This document shows, piece after piece, positions 1-14,363 of a stretch of 64,000 nt of DNA; within the stretch, counting starts at the first letter, position 1; every line of letters starts with the position of its first letter. A program made the translations under genes and the position numbers. The notes under the pieces are model-generated. The model worked only from the letters and a program-made list of their open reading frames with translations. It was not told the DNA's origin and ran no database searches. The DNA comes from Heterodontus francisci (lineage: Eukaryota). The stretch is from NCBI RefSeq assembly GCF_036365525.1, contig NC_090396.1, positions 40,784,689 to 40,848,688 on the forward strand, given 5' to 3'.

Positions 1-930
1 AGGTCTCTGTTAGAATAGAATCGCTGTTGTCAGGGGCTTGGACGATAAACACACACATTGAAATATCCCGTGTGACCTCAGTAAGAGGTAGCAATAAACT
101 TGATTGATTTGTTCAGACAGGTCAGCTCCAGAGGTTGCTGTGGGTACCATGGAAAGGGTAATTAACAATAAATGGAGTGTACTCACAGGAACAAGAGAGG
201 TCAAGTAAACACAATTATAAACATTTTGACTAGATAAAAGCTCACATCTTCAAATTCCAGTAAAACATTAAAGTAAAGATATGGATTTTAAAAGGAACAC
301 AGGAAGGTCACATCTAATGCAAAGGTCATATGACACCTTAAAAATAATATAAAAATACAAGGTTCTGAAGCAAACACTTAGGGGTATTGAACCCTCAACA
401 GCACTTCTCATCCCAAGCCTTATTCAGGGATTTAAGGTACAAGTTTACTTTATATTTTGATGGATGTTCTAAGATAATTTTGCTGTAACATTAGCAAGGT
501 TAAACTTTTGGATTCTATGTTTGAAATATGTTATATCTCTCAACAATATTTGATATTATGATATACTTATCCACTTAAGAAGTTTATTGCATGTTAACTT
601 TTGTACATTTATTAAAGAATTTAATAAATTGTCTCATGTAGTATTCTGTATACAACTACAAGAACCCCCTCTCTGTCTCTTTGAAGAGAGTTCCCAGACC
701 CTTATAATATCGGATATTTATGACAGACATAAAAATATTAGAAATAGGCTATCTGAAAGATGGTAACATTTTCTGTTGGTTTTCTTTGAGGGAAAGCTAG
801 TGCAATTCTTTGGACCCAAATAAGTGTTTGAAGAATTTGTCTGGTTTGAACTTGATTAAAGGAGATTTGTGGGGATGTGCTCCTGATTTAGTTTAGTCCC
901 TACAAGGGGTTAAAGTCATAAATCACTTCA
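1..930. repeat. Diverged inverted duplicate of ~29309-30290 (unclassified)
   Basis: Example: 781-930 is the reverse complement of ~29309-29460 (gggaaagctagt.caattctttggacccaaataagtgt); colinear over ~0.9 kb. Confidence 0.85.
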
Positions 931-2262
931 GAATTTTTTAAAAATTATATCTATAAGCAAACATCCAAATGTGTAACAGTCTGCATTCCTGGAAGCTACG
1001 CGCTTACAGCCAGATGCATCCATTATTACCAGATGGTTGTAATTTCAGGGTAAATGTGCTCATGCATTGTCAAATCTCAAACATTAACATTTCAAGCATC
1101 AGACAAGGCAGACATCGGACAAAAATAGTTTTATTTGTGTGGAAGACTATGCATTTTTTAGGGATTATCAGCATTTACGATTGCTTTCTTTAAAATAATA
1201 ATCCCATATTTCCTTTAATGAGGAATATATTTAAATGAAAGAGTGCCACAGCCTCCCAGAAACATTTCCATATTTATTGTCTTTGGTGTTCCATGTTAAT
1301 GTTTTTGCCCTATTTTGCAGCAAGCTCCTGGCCTGACTAACCTAAATTGGCTACCAGTCTAACAATGCCTCGATTTTTAAAATTTTCATTCTTGTTTTCA
1401 AATCCCTCCATGGCCTTGCCTTTCCCTATCTCTGTAATCTTCTCTAGCTCTACAAATCTCTGCGATATGTGCTCCTCTAACTCTGGCTTCTTGCACATCA
1501 CTGATTTTAATTGCTCCAGCATTGGTGGCAGTGCCTGCAGCTGCCCAGGCCCTAAGCTCTGGAATGCCCTGCCGAAACCTCTTTCACTTTCGCTCCTCCT
1601 TTAAGAGGCTCTTCAAAACCTACCTCATTGCCAAAGCTTTTGGTCACCTTTTGTGACTATCAAATGTTATATGATAATACTCCTGTGAAGTGCTTTGGAA
1701 AGTTTTGCTATGCCGAAGGTAATGTATAAATCCAAGTTATTGGGTAAAACCAAATGAATTCAATGTCAGTACTGATAATATGTTACAACCTACTTGAATG
1801 GAATGCTATAGTAAGGGAAGGGCCAGTAACTGTTGTAATTCCTGAATCAGCAATACAGACCATGTTGGTTCTTGCTGTAAACCTTAATTTGTATCCTCTG
1901 GCAGAGGGATAAACTTTCATTTGAGAGCCAGTTGTAAGCTTTACATTTTGCAATGCAAAATTTCCCCATTTACAAGAAGAAATCCAAATATATTTTACAT
2001 TGACAGTTCCAAAGCTTAAATATTTAACTTAACTAGCCATTGAAGCAAATGTGCTTACAACTGCAATAGTTTAACTAAATTCACCTAGAATTTATACATA
2101 TACTGTATTTATTTCAGAAATAGGACAGTGTGATTTTCAGTTCCTTTAGCTGGAGAATTCATTTCATCTCGTGGCCCTGTCATTCTAATTACTAATATTG
2201 TATGTCATAGGAATAATTATTACAGTAATTTCAATTTCCCCTTATAGATGAAAGTTCAGGAA

Positions 2263-5200
2263 AGGTAGTGGTATTGTCACTGAACTAATAACCCAGAAAA
2301 CCAGCGTTTGCTCTGGGGATATGGGTTTGAATCCCATTACAGTAGAAGGTAGAATTTGAATTCAATTAATAAATTGGGAATTAAAAAGCCAGTATAATGA
2401 TGGGAAAGAATCCATTGTTTTAAAAAAAAAAAAAATCTGATTCACTAATGTCATTTAGGGAAGAAATCTGCTGCCCTTACCTGGTCTGGCCTATATGTAA
2501 CTCCAGACCCACAGCAATGTGACTCTTAAATGCCCTCTGAAATGGCTTAGCAAGTCACTCCGTTTTATCTAACTGCTACGAAGTCAATAATAAAAAAAAA
2601 GAAACTGGACAGACCACCGGCATTGACCTAGGCACTAGAAATGACAATGGCAAATCTAGCCCTGTCGACCCTGCAAAGTTCTCCTTACCAACATCTGGGG
2701 GCTTGTGCCAAAGTTGGGAGAGCTGTCCCGCAGACTAGTCAAGCAACAGCCTGACATAGTCATACTCTCAGAATCATATCTTACACGCAATGTCCCAGAC
2801 ACTGCAATCACCATCCCTGGGTATGTCCTGTCCCACTGGCAGGACAGACCCAGCAGAGGTGGCAGCACAGTGGTATACAGTCAGGAGAGAGTGGTCCTGG
2901 GAGTCCTAAACATTGACTCTGGACCCCATGAAGTCTCATGGTATCAGGTCAAACATGGGCAAACCTCCTGCTGATTACCACCTACCATCCTTCCTCAGCT
3001 GATGAATCAGTACTCCTCCATGTTGAACACCACTTGGAGGAAGCACTGAGGGTGGCAAGGGCACAGAATGCACTCTGCTTGGGGGAACCTCAATGTCCAT
3101 CACCAAGAGTGGCTCTGTACCAACATGACTGGCCCAGTCCTAAAGGACATAGTTGCTAGACTGGGTATGCGGCAGGTGGTGAGGGAAAAACAGACTTGTC
3201 CTCGTCCTCACCAATCTGCCTGCCGCAGATGCATCTGTCCATGACAGTATTGGTAGGAGTGACCACCACACAATCCTTGTGGAGACAACGTACCGCCTTC
3301 ACATTGAGGTTACCCTCCATCATGTTGTGTGGCACTACCACCGTGCTGACTGGGATAGATTTCGAACAGATCTAACATTGCAAAACTGAGCCTCCATGAG
3401 GTGCTGTGGGCCATCGGCAGCAGCAGAATTGTACTCAACCACAATCTGTAACCTCATGGCCCGGCATATTCCCCACTCTCCCATTAGCAGCAAGCCAGGA
3501 GATTAACCCTGGCTCAATGAGGGCATGCCAGGAGCAGCACCAGGCATACCTCAAAATGAGGTGTCAGCTTGGTGAAGCTACAACTCAGGACTGCTTGCGT
3601 GCTAAACTGCGGAAGCAGCACGCAACAGACAGAGCTGAACAATCCCATAACCAACGGATTCTATCTAAGCTCTGCAGTCCTACCACATCCAGCCGTGAAT
3701 GGTGGTGGACAATTAAACAGCTAACTGGCAGAGGTGGCTCTACAAATATCCCCATCCTCAATAATGGAGGAGCCCAGCACATCAGTGTGAAAGATAAGGC
3801 TGAAGCATTTGCAACAATCTTCAGCCAGAAGTGCCGAATGGAAGATCCATCTTGTCCTCCTGAAGTTCCCAGCATCACAGATGCCAGACTTCAGGAATTT
3901 CAATTCAGCCCGTGTGATATCAAGAAATGACTTAAATCACTGGATACTGCAAAGGCTACGGGCCCTGACAATATTCCAGCAAGACTAGTGCTCCAGAACT
4001 TGCCATGCCCCTAGCCAAGCTGTTCCAGCTACAACACTGGCATCTACCCGGCAATGTGGAAAATTGCCCGGGTATGCCCTGTACACAAAAAGCAGGAAAA
4101 GTCCAACCCAGCAAATTACTGCCCCATCAGCCTACTGTCAATCATCAGTAAAGTGATGGAAGGTGTCATCGACAGTGCCATCAAGCGGCACTTGCTTAGC
4201 AGTAAGCTGCTCAGTGACACTCAGTTTGGGTTTCGCCAGGGGCACTCAGCTCCTGACCTAATTACAGCCTTGGTGCAAACATGAACAAAAGAGCTGAATT
4301 CAAGAAGTGAGGTGACAGTGGCAGCCCTTGACATCAAGGCAGCATTTGCCCGACTATGGCATCAAGGAGCCCTAGGAAAACTGGAGTCAATGGGAATCAG
4401 GGGAAAACTCTCCACTAGTTGGAGTCATAACTAGTGCAAAGGAAGATTGTTGTGGTTGTTGAAGGTCAATCATCTGAGCTCCAGGACATCACTGCAGGGG
4501 TTCCTCAGGGTAGTGTCCTCGGCCTAACCATCTTCGACTGCTTCTTCAATGTCCTTCCTTCAATCATAAGGTCAGAAGTGGGGATGTTCGCTGATGATTG
4601 CACAATGTTCAACACCATTCGCGACTCTTCAGATGCTGAAGCAGTTCGTGTAGAAATGCAACAAGACCTGGACAATATCCAGGTTTGGGCTGATAAGTGG
4701 CAAGTAACATTTGTGCCACACAAGTGCCAAGCAATGACCATCTCCACAAGAGCGAATATAAACATCTCCTCTTGATATTCAATGGCATTACGATTGTTGA
4801 ATCCCCCACTTTCAACATTCTAGGGGTTACCAGTGACCAGAAACTGAACTGGAGTAGCCATATAAGTACCATGGCTACAAGAGCAGATCAGAGGCTAGGA
4901 CTCCTGCGGTGAGTAACTCACCTCCTGACTCCCCAAAGCCTGTCCACCATCTACAGGGCACAAGTCAGGGGTGTGATGGAATACTCTGCACTTGCCTGGA
5001 TGGGTGCAGCTCCAACAACACTCAAGAAGCTCGACACCATCCAGGACAAAGCAGCCCGCTTGAATGGCACCCCATCCACAAACATTCACGCCCACACCAC
5101 CAACACACAGTAGCAGCAGTGTGTACCTTCTACAAGATGCACTGCAGCAATGAACCAAGGCTCCTTAAATTGCACCTTCCAAACCCACGACCTCTACCAA

Positions 5201-5480
5201 CTAGAAGGACAAGGGCAGCAAATGCATGGGAACACCACCATCTGCAAGTTCCACTCCAAGGCACACACCATCCTGACTTGGAACTATATCACCGTTCTTT
5301 CACTGTTGCTGGGTCAAAATCCTGGAACTCCCTTCCTAACAGCACTGTGGGTGTACCTACCTCACATGGACTGCAGCAGTTCAAGACAGCAGCTCACCAC
5401 CAACTTCTCAAGGGCAATTAGGAATGGGCAATAAATGCTGGCATAGCCAGTGACGCCCACACACCATGAATGATTTTTTA
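2263..5480 (+). mobile_element. Near full-length decayed non-LTR retrotransposon (CR1/L2 group), single APE+RT ORF, tRNA-like 5' head
   Basis: APE fragments (PDIVILSES, DRPSRGG), RT motifs (PISLLSIISKVME, QFGFRQGHS, GVPQGSVLG, FADDC); frameshifts and stops; B-box-like GGTTTGAATCC near 2324. Confidence 0.9.
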
Positions 5481-6394
5481 AAACTATATAAATTACAAAA
5501 TGTCTATATGAACACTGCCAGCTGTGTTTGCTGTGTCAATAGTTATCTACAAATATTGATTTCAAAGGGACTTTCTAATTACACTTGGAAAGACAGTAAT
5601 GGAAATCCCGTATGTTAAATTATGTATGTAAGCATTAGATTCATAACTAGCTCAAATCAACTGATTTTGACAGTTTATTCAGTTCATATTACTTGAGCTA
5701 AGCAGCTAACTATGTTGTGGCATAAATGAAGACCTGTAAAACTATGGCCTTAAATACTCAAAATGCTCCTGAGCTATGCCCTGGGTATGGTCCATTGCTA
5801 TCTCAGTATAGCTTGCTATAGATCATCACTTCTATGTTGCTGCCAAACATTTTTGATGTTTATTGAAATTTTTACAAGAAGAAGGATCTTATCTAAGCTA
5901 TTTTCACTCTTTTAGACTGGATGCAAACAGTTGTATTATTTGTAAATCTGTTTTGGAAATCACTTCATCTGAGTCTCCATTATAGAAGCATTTTTCTGTG
6001 TCGTGCAATGTTTTAAACCACAAAAACAACTTGCATTTATATAGCACCCTTGACATGGTGAGACATCCGAAAGTTTTTCATAGGAACATCATCAAACAAA
6101 ATTTGACACCAAGCCACGTGAGGAGATATTAGGACCAAGAGGTAGGTTTTAACGAGCAACTGAAAGGAGAAAAGAGAGGTAGAGATGTTAAACCGAGGCC
6201 CTGTCTGCACTCTCAGGTGGAAGTAAAAGTTCCCACAGCACTATTTTGTAGAAGAGCAGAGAGTTATCCCTAGTGTCCTGGCCAATATTAATATCTCAAT
6301 CAACATCACAAAAAGAGATCATCTAGTCATTTGTCACTTTTCTGTTTGTGAGTGTTGGTTGCACACAAATTGGCTGCCATGTTTCCTACATTAC

Positions 6395-7621
6395 ATCTGG
6401 ATTTTATGACCCCCCCGCCCCAAACGAGCGAGCTGGTGGCGGTGGGAGGGAAGCATAAAATTGAGTGGGAGGCTGGGAGGCTGGGAGGACCCTTCCCAAC
6501 CCTTCCCGCCACCGTTGCAAATTTATGCAGGCATCAGTGGCGAGAAACAGGCCCGCTTGTCCCAGCCAATTAACTACCAGTTAAGGACCTCCACCTGCCA
6601 CCGTGGGTTTTTTACGCTTGGCTGGTGGGGTGGCTGAAGCCTCAGAAAGCCCGCCTGGTGAAACCAGATGCCTTCTTGCGGGCTAGTGGGGGACCCTCCT
6701 GATCGAGCACCCCCTGATTGAGCACCCTGTGCCTCACGGAGGGCCGCCCTTGAAGCCCGAATCACCTCCAATAGACACCACTCCCCGTGCCCCCTTAACT
6801 GCCCCCCCTTGCTTCACCGGGGCCCGACCCATTGCCCCTGGCGATGCCCTAAAAACTTACCTTCATTCCGGGGCCATAATTCATCTGCATTCCATTGGCT
6901 GGGTGTAGTCCCAGCTAGAGGCCTGCTACCCGACCCGAACCCGACAGGACCCAACGACTTGTGTCGGGTTCGGGTCGGGCCCATCTTCAGGGTACGACGT
7001 TCGGGCTCAGGTCAGGTCGGGCCAAGTCCAAGTCGGGTCAGGTCGGACAGACACAGTAAGTGCTCTGCTGATAAGTATTAAACTTTTAAAAACTTACCTG
7101 AGCTTGGAGTCAGGGACGAAACTGAGTCTGCGCAGTGAGCGAGTGACATCACGATGATGTCATCGCGCATGCATTGCTGTGTCGTGGAGAGTCCGAGACC
7201 AAAGGTGAGTAAAGGAATGGTCAGGTTGGGCTCGGGTCAGGTCGAGCCGGGGCGGGCTCGGGTCGGGTCGTGCTCGGGGCAAAATCTGAGGGACTCGGGC
7301 CGGGTCGGGCTCGGGTCCGCGATGGTTTGGTCGGGTTCGGGTCAGGTTCTTTTTTTCCCAACCTGAGCAGGCCTGTAGTCCCAGCAGTGGTCACGGCTCC
7401 CGGTGGCGCTTTTGGGAGAAAGAGCTGCCGGCCCACAGATTGGCTGGTAGTTCCATTAGGTGGGACTTCCTGCCTCAAGTAGGTGGAAGCCACAGTCAAG
7501 ACCAATTATGGGCCTGGGGAGCACAAAATCTGGTCTGGCTCCCCATGCCCGGCACAGGCGGTCTCGCCACTGACTTTTCGGCCAGTGGCCGGGCCCCACC
7601 GCCTAACAAAAAATTCCAGCC
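6395..7621. mobile_element. Harbinger-type MITE inserted in a Deu-SINE (related copy ~19480-20020)
   Basis: Termini CTGGATTTT...AAATTCCAGCC, TSD TAC; SINE sequence continues across the site. Confidence 0.7.
6916..7377. mobile_element. hAT-type MITE nested in the Harbinger MITE (partial copy ~45578-45790)
   Basis: TIR TAGAGGCCTGCT/AGCAGGCCTGTA, 8-bp TSD GTCCCAGC, dense CCCGA/TCGGG subterminal repeats. Confidence 0.8.
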
Positions 7622-9150
7622 TACCACAGTGACTACACTTCAAAAGTATTTCATTGGCTGTAAAGTGCTTTGGGACATCCTGAGGCTATAAGAGTGCTAC
7701 ATAAATGCAAGTCTTTCTTTCTACGTTATTTTAGAGAGGCAGAGAGGTTTTAGGGCAAAATTCAAGAGCTTAGTGCCTAAGGGAGTGAATGGTGGAGCAA
7801 TTGAAATCGGGGATGTTCAAGAGGTCATAATTAGAGAAGTGCAGAGATCTCGAATGTTTGTAGGGCTGGAGGAGACTACAGACATAGCAAAAGGTGAGAC
7901 CATGGAGGTATTTGAAAACAAGGATGAGAATTTTAATAGTGAGGTTTTTCTGAACCAGGAGCCAATATAAGCCAGTGAACACAATGGTGATGGATGATCA
8001 GAACTTGGTGCAAGTTAGGACATGGAAGGCTGACCAAGATTATGTTACATTAGTCAAATCTAGAGAGAGCAAAGGCATGCAAGGAGACTTCAGGAGCAGA
8101 TGAGATGAGGCAGAAGGGGAGTTGAGCAGTATAATGGAGGCGGAAATAGGCAGTCTGAAGGATGGTGTGGACACATGGTCAGAAGCTCACCTAGGTGTCA
8201 AACATGACACCAAGGTTGTGAACAGTCTGGTTCAGGCACAGATAGTTGCCAAAAACAAGGCTGGTTTTTTTCTATTTATCATCCAATGGTTTATTCTTCT
8301 CTTCATTTGGAATTTGCTCATTTTCATTTTTATGTGTTGGATATCAGTTGCTCAAGATTTAATGCAAATAAATTTTTGATGATTTTGTAACTTCCCTGTC
8401 TAAAAATGTTGAAAACAGGAAGAGCTCCAAAACAGATGAGCAGCTGCATTGGTGGTTAGCACAACACAATTGTCCCTTGACAAGTACCTTAATCATTACT
8501 TATGAGGGTTTAATCATTGACTGAATTGGCATTTTTAGACCAGTGTTTACCACTAAACTAAGTCCATATAAGAAAGTACAACTTGATATGAATGTCATCT
8601 AAATGAATACTAACATGATTTCTATTTTCTGGTTGATATTATGTCAGCATAAAAACAATGGATTCTTGCAATGTAGGATGGAAACTATGTCAGATTAGAT
8701 GTCGCAGCTAAAAATGGTGCAGATGGCAAAGTGTTAATGCTTGAACTTGTTCAGTGGTACTATCTTAAGTTGTTGATTGATCTATGTTTGAAAAATAAAT
8801 ACGTAATATTCTTTCTATTGCATCATATTAATTTAGTGAGCTTTCAACTTGTCTATCATGTCTGTCATATAAGTTCATTTTATTGCTATATAAGCAGCTC
8901 AATAGAGAAGGTCTTCTGTTGATTACAGCACTGGAGGTCCAGGACTGTTTAGGTTCTTTGCTACGCCTACTCTTAACTAATTGGCAGCAACAATTTACAA
9001 AAAATTCCAAATGTTGCAATTCATTATCTTTGTTGCTTTGAGCAGTCTGTTTTTTTATAGATACTAATCTCCTGTAATATGTGTACTTTCTCCTGTGTAG
9101 TATTGCTTGTAATACATGTACTTTCCCCTGCCTGTTCTCTATCGTTTTAT

Positions 9151-9500
9151 AGATTAGATTAGATATACAGCACTGAAACAGGCCCTTCGGCCCACCGAGT
9201 CTGTGCCAAACATCAACCACCCATTTATACTAATCCTACACTAATCCCATATTCCTACCAAACATCCCCACCTGTCCCTATATTTCCCTACCACCTACCT
9301 ATACTAGTGACAATTTATAATGGCCAATTTACCTATCAACCTGCAAGTCTTTTGGCTTGTGGGAGGAAACCGGAGCACCCAGAGAAAACCCACGCAGACA
9401 CAGGAAGAACTTGCAAACTCCACACAGGCAGTACCCAGAATCGAACCCAGGTCCCTGGAGCTGTGAGGCTGCGGTGCTAACCACTGCGCCACTGTGCCGC
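9151..9500 (-). mobile_element. tRNA-derived V-SINE (HE1-like)
   Basis: A/B boxes TGGCGCAGTGG / GGTTCGATTC, V-domain TGTGTGGAGTTTGCA..GGTTTCCTCCCAC, CR1-like tail. Confidence 0.85.
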
Positions 9501-10011
9501 TTGTTTAAAATATATCATTCCCATTCTCAAGATATTGGATGTTCCCTGAAACCATTTTTGCCTTCTTCCTTTTTGTTGTTGTAAGTGCTCACTTAGTTTC
9601 ATTCCACATGGTTCAATTTCATCATTGAGTTGCTAAAAGATAAATTAAATGTGATTCCGTCTGCATGTCATATGTGTTATTGGGAAAGCACCCATAAACA
9701 GTTAGGAAGACTAGAAGCTGTTGGCTGTGGGTCAGTGGGTAGCACTGTAACTGTGTTGGAAGGTCATAGGTTCATATCTTATTCCAGAGATTTGAGCAGA
9801 TAATCCAGGCTGACATTCCAGTGCAGTACTGAGAGAGTGCTGCACTGTTAGAGGTGCTGACTTTCAGGTGAGACACTAAATTCAGGCCGTGTCTGCTCTT
9901 ATTTGCCATGTTGTATAGTGATTACACTTTGAAAATATTTCATTAGACGTAAAGCACTTTGAGTATCCTGAGTTGTGAAACAGTCTTTATAATATATCTT
10001 TATATGGTGCA

Positions 10012-10322
10012 GGGCGGCACAGTGGCGCAGTGGTTAGCCCCACAGCCTCACAGCTCCAGGGACCCGGGTTTGATTCTGGGTACTGCCTGTGCAGAGTTTG
10101 TAAGTTCTCCCTGTGACTGTGTGGGTTTTTGCCAGGTGCTCCAGTTATCCTCCCACAGCCAAAGACTTGCAGGTTGATAGGTAAATTGGCCATTGTAAAT
10201 TGCCCCTAGTGGTGGTAGGGAATATGGGATTACTATCGGGTTAGTCTCAATGGGTGGTTGTTGGTCGGCACAGACTCAGTGGGCCAAAGGGCCTGTTTCA
10301 GTGCTGTATCTCAAAATAAAAA
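10012..10322 (+). mobile_element. tRNA-derived V-SINE (HE1-like)
   Basis: Same family as 9151-9500, opposite orientation. Confidence 0.85.
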
Positions 10323-13300
10323 TGCAAGCTTTATTTGCAGTACCAATGCACTGCCTGTGTTTTGTTTGCACTTTCACCTGATGAAAACACTTGAATCAGT
10401 GTTACAATAGGACTCAGCACTGCTAAACTGGGTGGGTGGAGGTGGGGGGAAATCTCGCCAAGACTCCTGCTCTTGATTGCTGTCCAGTGACTCTGCTGGA
10501 AAAATATGTGTGTGGGCATTATAAGCGGTTTGGTTTTATTGTCCTCTTGGCTAAATGGCCACATTGTACAGGCTGATTCATGAAGAATGTCCACTTACAC
10601 AAGCTGTCAGAATACTCCTGTCACCCGTGGAACCTCAACACGAATCAACAACTTCAGGAGGAGAACTGCCAAAAACAAATGACATGGAAGTAGATATCCT
10701 GTGAAAACCATTTGAAAAATAGATAAAACAAAGGCAGAAGGACAACAGGCAAGCAGGTCAGTCATGCTTTTTTAAAATTTGCCACTGCAGATTTTAGCAT
10801 GCAGCCCATGTACATCCATTCTCGTGCAATCACCACAGTTCTAAAATTCTCTAAGATTTGTGTTATATCCTGATGTAAAAAAGGTCAAAATACAGATTTT
10901 TCAGTAATTTGTGTCCTGTTAGCTACAATAACTAAGATACTAAGATAGATTTTCACAGATAATAAACCCATATTAATTCAATTCTGATTGCTTTAGATCT
11001 AGAAAATATTACAGAGTTTTGTACTTTGATTTATTAATTCATAAACATGGATACACATTAAAGGTTGAAAACCATTTTAAAAAATGTCATGCTTTACCCT
11101 TTTGTTACATCATTGGCAGACACTTCCATTGAATGACTAGTAGATCTCTCAAGGTAGTATTTACAGGTAGTCTGGGAGCTGAAGTATGGTTCTTGATGTT
11201 GAACATAAATGTTACAGCAGTTTTCCTATTGCTGTAATGCAGCAAATTCAGTCAACAGTACATCACATGGCTCAAAATTAAAATATTACACACTGGCTTA
11301 TAATGAAAGATACAGGTATCATAGTTACAATATTTGTTGTACTATTTACCCAATGCTTTACAAAATTTGTTTCTAAGATACAAGTAACTTGTTTTTTTCT
11401 TCCTTCCCTAAAATCCATTGTTCCCAATTTTTTACATTGAAAAAACCTTTCTTTTTTTCTCCAGGTTACTGGCAGAATTGTAAAAGATTATTTTCCCCTT
11501 GTTAGTTCCCATAGTGGATTTGTTGCTTTGCTGATGCTGTCATTTATAAGTGACCAGAATCTGAAGAAAGAACCAGTTGCCATAGCCTGAGCCTGAGTGA
11601 CGAACTGACTTCAGATGCAGTGTTTGAGGTCAGAACCTCATGAACATCCTATGACCCCAAAGGCGGTTACCATTAGCAGAACAAAAAGCACCTCATCCCA
11701 AACAACACTGCTGGCTCAGAGTTTTTGTGTAATAGTACAAACTGTACAAAACATTAACAAAATCAAACCTTCCCTCACCCCACTATTCATTGCTTGCAGT
11801 GTTTATTTGCACATTTTCTGCTTGATTGTTGTAGTACACTCTGGTATTCTAGTTCATTGTCTCAGAATTAAAGCTGTAACTCCTATGATGCATCACTTCC
11901 AATCAGAATTCCAGGCTGTGCCCTCTAAACCTCCAACTTTGGCATTCCCACACCTGGTGCTCCTTATTCAGGGAAGAGCTTTTAGCTATGGAGTCCCATG
12001 CTTAGAATTGAAAGGATTGAAGTGCTGTAACCTGCAAGGCTATGGACCAGGTGCCGGAAGGTGGGATTTGAATGGGCAGCTAGATTTTGCAGCTGGCGCA
12101 AACACAATGGGCTGAATGGCCACTTTCTGTGCCGTAACTTTTCTATGGTTCTATGGAATTCTCCCCTTTGGATCATTTGGATGCTTAGGCTAATGGGTGA
12201 AGTGCCAATCAGACAGATGGCTTTCTCCTGGACAGTGCCAAACTTCTTGAAAGTGTTGTTGCAGCTTCAGGCAAGTGGCGAGTATTCCATCGCATCCCTG
12301 AATTGTGCCCTGTAGACAGTGGACTAGCTTTGTGGAGTTAGGAGGTGAGACACTTACCACAGAATGCACAGCCTCTGACGTTTGACCTGTTCTATTAGCC
12401 ACAACATTTATGTGGCTGGTCCAATTGAGTTTCTAGTCAATGTTGATAGTTGAGATCTCAGCAATTGTTGGAGATGGTCATTGCCTAGCCCTTGTGTAGC
12501 TTGAATCTTACCTGTCACTTATCAGCAAAAACTGGATGTAGGTACCAAACCATGCCAATGAGGAATGAGTAGTGAAAACCAGAGCAATCAAATTCCATAA
12601 CTATTTTCCCCATTCACTCACCACAAAACTGGTTAATCAGATTTTTCAAAGAAATTCTTGACTGCTGTTTTCCTTACGTCATTGTGTACAGCAACAATTA
12701 GCATTTCTTTAGAACTTTTAATGTAACAACATATCCCAAGGTTAATAATCTCAGCCCCAGGAGGTACTTATGTCAGTGTCCTAGGCCCAATCACCTTCAG
12801 TTGCTTCATCAATGATCGTCCCTCCATCATAAGGTCAGAAGTGGGGCTTTTACATAGGATTGCATGGGATATGCAGCACAGGAACAGGCCATTCAGCCCA
12901 ATCAGTCCATGCCAACGTTTATGTTCCACTCAAGCTTCCTTCTATCTTTCCTGATCTCAATCTATCATCGTATCCCTCTATTCCATTCTCCCTCATGTGC
13001 TTGTCCAGCTTCCCCTTAAATGCTTTATAGAGCTGAAGGATAGGTTAGGGTGTGTGGCCCAATGAAGCATTCTTCATACAAAGGATTGGAGTATAAAGAA
13101 CAAATATGAATGAATTGCAGATGCAGATTCAACTTCCCCAAGGGATGACATGGTAGGCACAACTGAGACGTGGCTGCAAGGCAGTCATGGCTGGGAACTA
13201 AAGATACCAAGTTATAAGGTCTTCAGAAAAGACTGGGGAAATAGTAGAGTGGGAGGAGGAGCCTTAGTAAATACGGATGAAATCACTTCAATAATATAGG

Positions 13301-14326
13301 ATATATAATGAGAGGTAAGCAGACAGTAGAGACTTTATAGGTAGAATTATGAGATAGAAAAGGATTTAGAACTATAGTGGGAGTTATGCACAGCCCACCG
13401 GTAGCAGCTGTGAAATGGTAGATTATATAAATGCGGAGATTTGACAAGTATGTAGCAAAGGCAAAGTGGTTTTAATGGGAATTTTAACTTCCATATAGAT
13501 TGGGTTAAACAGACTAGTCAGAAAGATAGGGAATTTCTTGACTGTGTCTGGGATAGTTTTCTGCAACAATATATCCTGGAACCAACAAGGGGGCTTGTCA
13601 TAATAATTACTAATGAGTCAGATTCTGTTAACAGCCTAACTGTGTGTGATTTGCTAATGATTTCAGTGTTCAGCTCCATTCCTAATTGCTCAGATAGTGA
13701 AGTAGACCATGTCCACATGCCCAAAGGGGTTTGGGTCCGCTCTCGAACATGATAGATTTTAGCCCCATTGACCACCCCATCTATCAGGGGGCCGCATTAG
13801 GAATTCCATCCTTCTTCCCCAATCTGGCGAAGGAGAGATTCTCCCTGGGTCTATGAACAAGTGTACTATCCTGAAGGAAACAGACAGGATGTGAGAATCA
13901 GGCAGTTTGAAGCGCACACTTGTAGAGGAACCCAGCTGATACTCCATCCATTGAAATGAATGGTGAACAATTGCTTAGAGGTGTGCTCACTGACCTGTCC
14001 AGTCGTCTGATATTTGCTGCAGCCAGGGATTCAGTCCCCACCGTGTGCAAACCCAGCAAGAGGACTGGGCCACACATCACTTATATTGAAGACCCTGTAG
14101 GGGGAGAGGGGGCAAACCCCTTTAAGTATAGCCTGAAAAATGCAACTTCAATGCATTTGGATCCCCAATGACTTTGTGGCCATTCGAGTGGGCTCCTGTT
14201 GAGCTGTTGGTGGGAATGATCATGGATTGGTGGGTCATCATGCACATATTGATTTGTTCTGAAATAAAAACAAAAAATGCTCGAAATACTCAGCAGGTCT
14301 GGCAGCATCTGTGGACAGAGAAGCAG

Positions 14327-14363
14327 AGTTAATGTTTCAGGTCAGTGACCCTTCATCAGAACT
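14327..14363 (-). ncRNA. Minimal type I hammerhead ribozyme motif
   Basis: Reverse complement agtt-CTGATGA-agggtcactgacct-GAAA-cat-TA-act. Confidence 0.62.

Noticed and set aside
2705-5434. Cluster of 70-170 aa ORFs as host genes
   Set aside because: They are frameshifted fragments of one LINE APE/RT ORF or its antisense frames.
10012-10085. tRNA genes at A/B-box motifs
   Set aside because: These are SINE heads continuing into V-domain or LINE-derived bodies; no complete cloverleaf.
11615-12115. 166-aa ORF upstream of gene 1
   Set aside because: No recognisable domain; its 3' third is CR1 tail sequence.
13680-14250. Possible Tx1-like LINE remnant on the minus strand (GFLYKCALQT..)
   Set aside because: Similarity too weak to call without a search.
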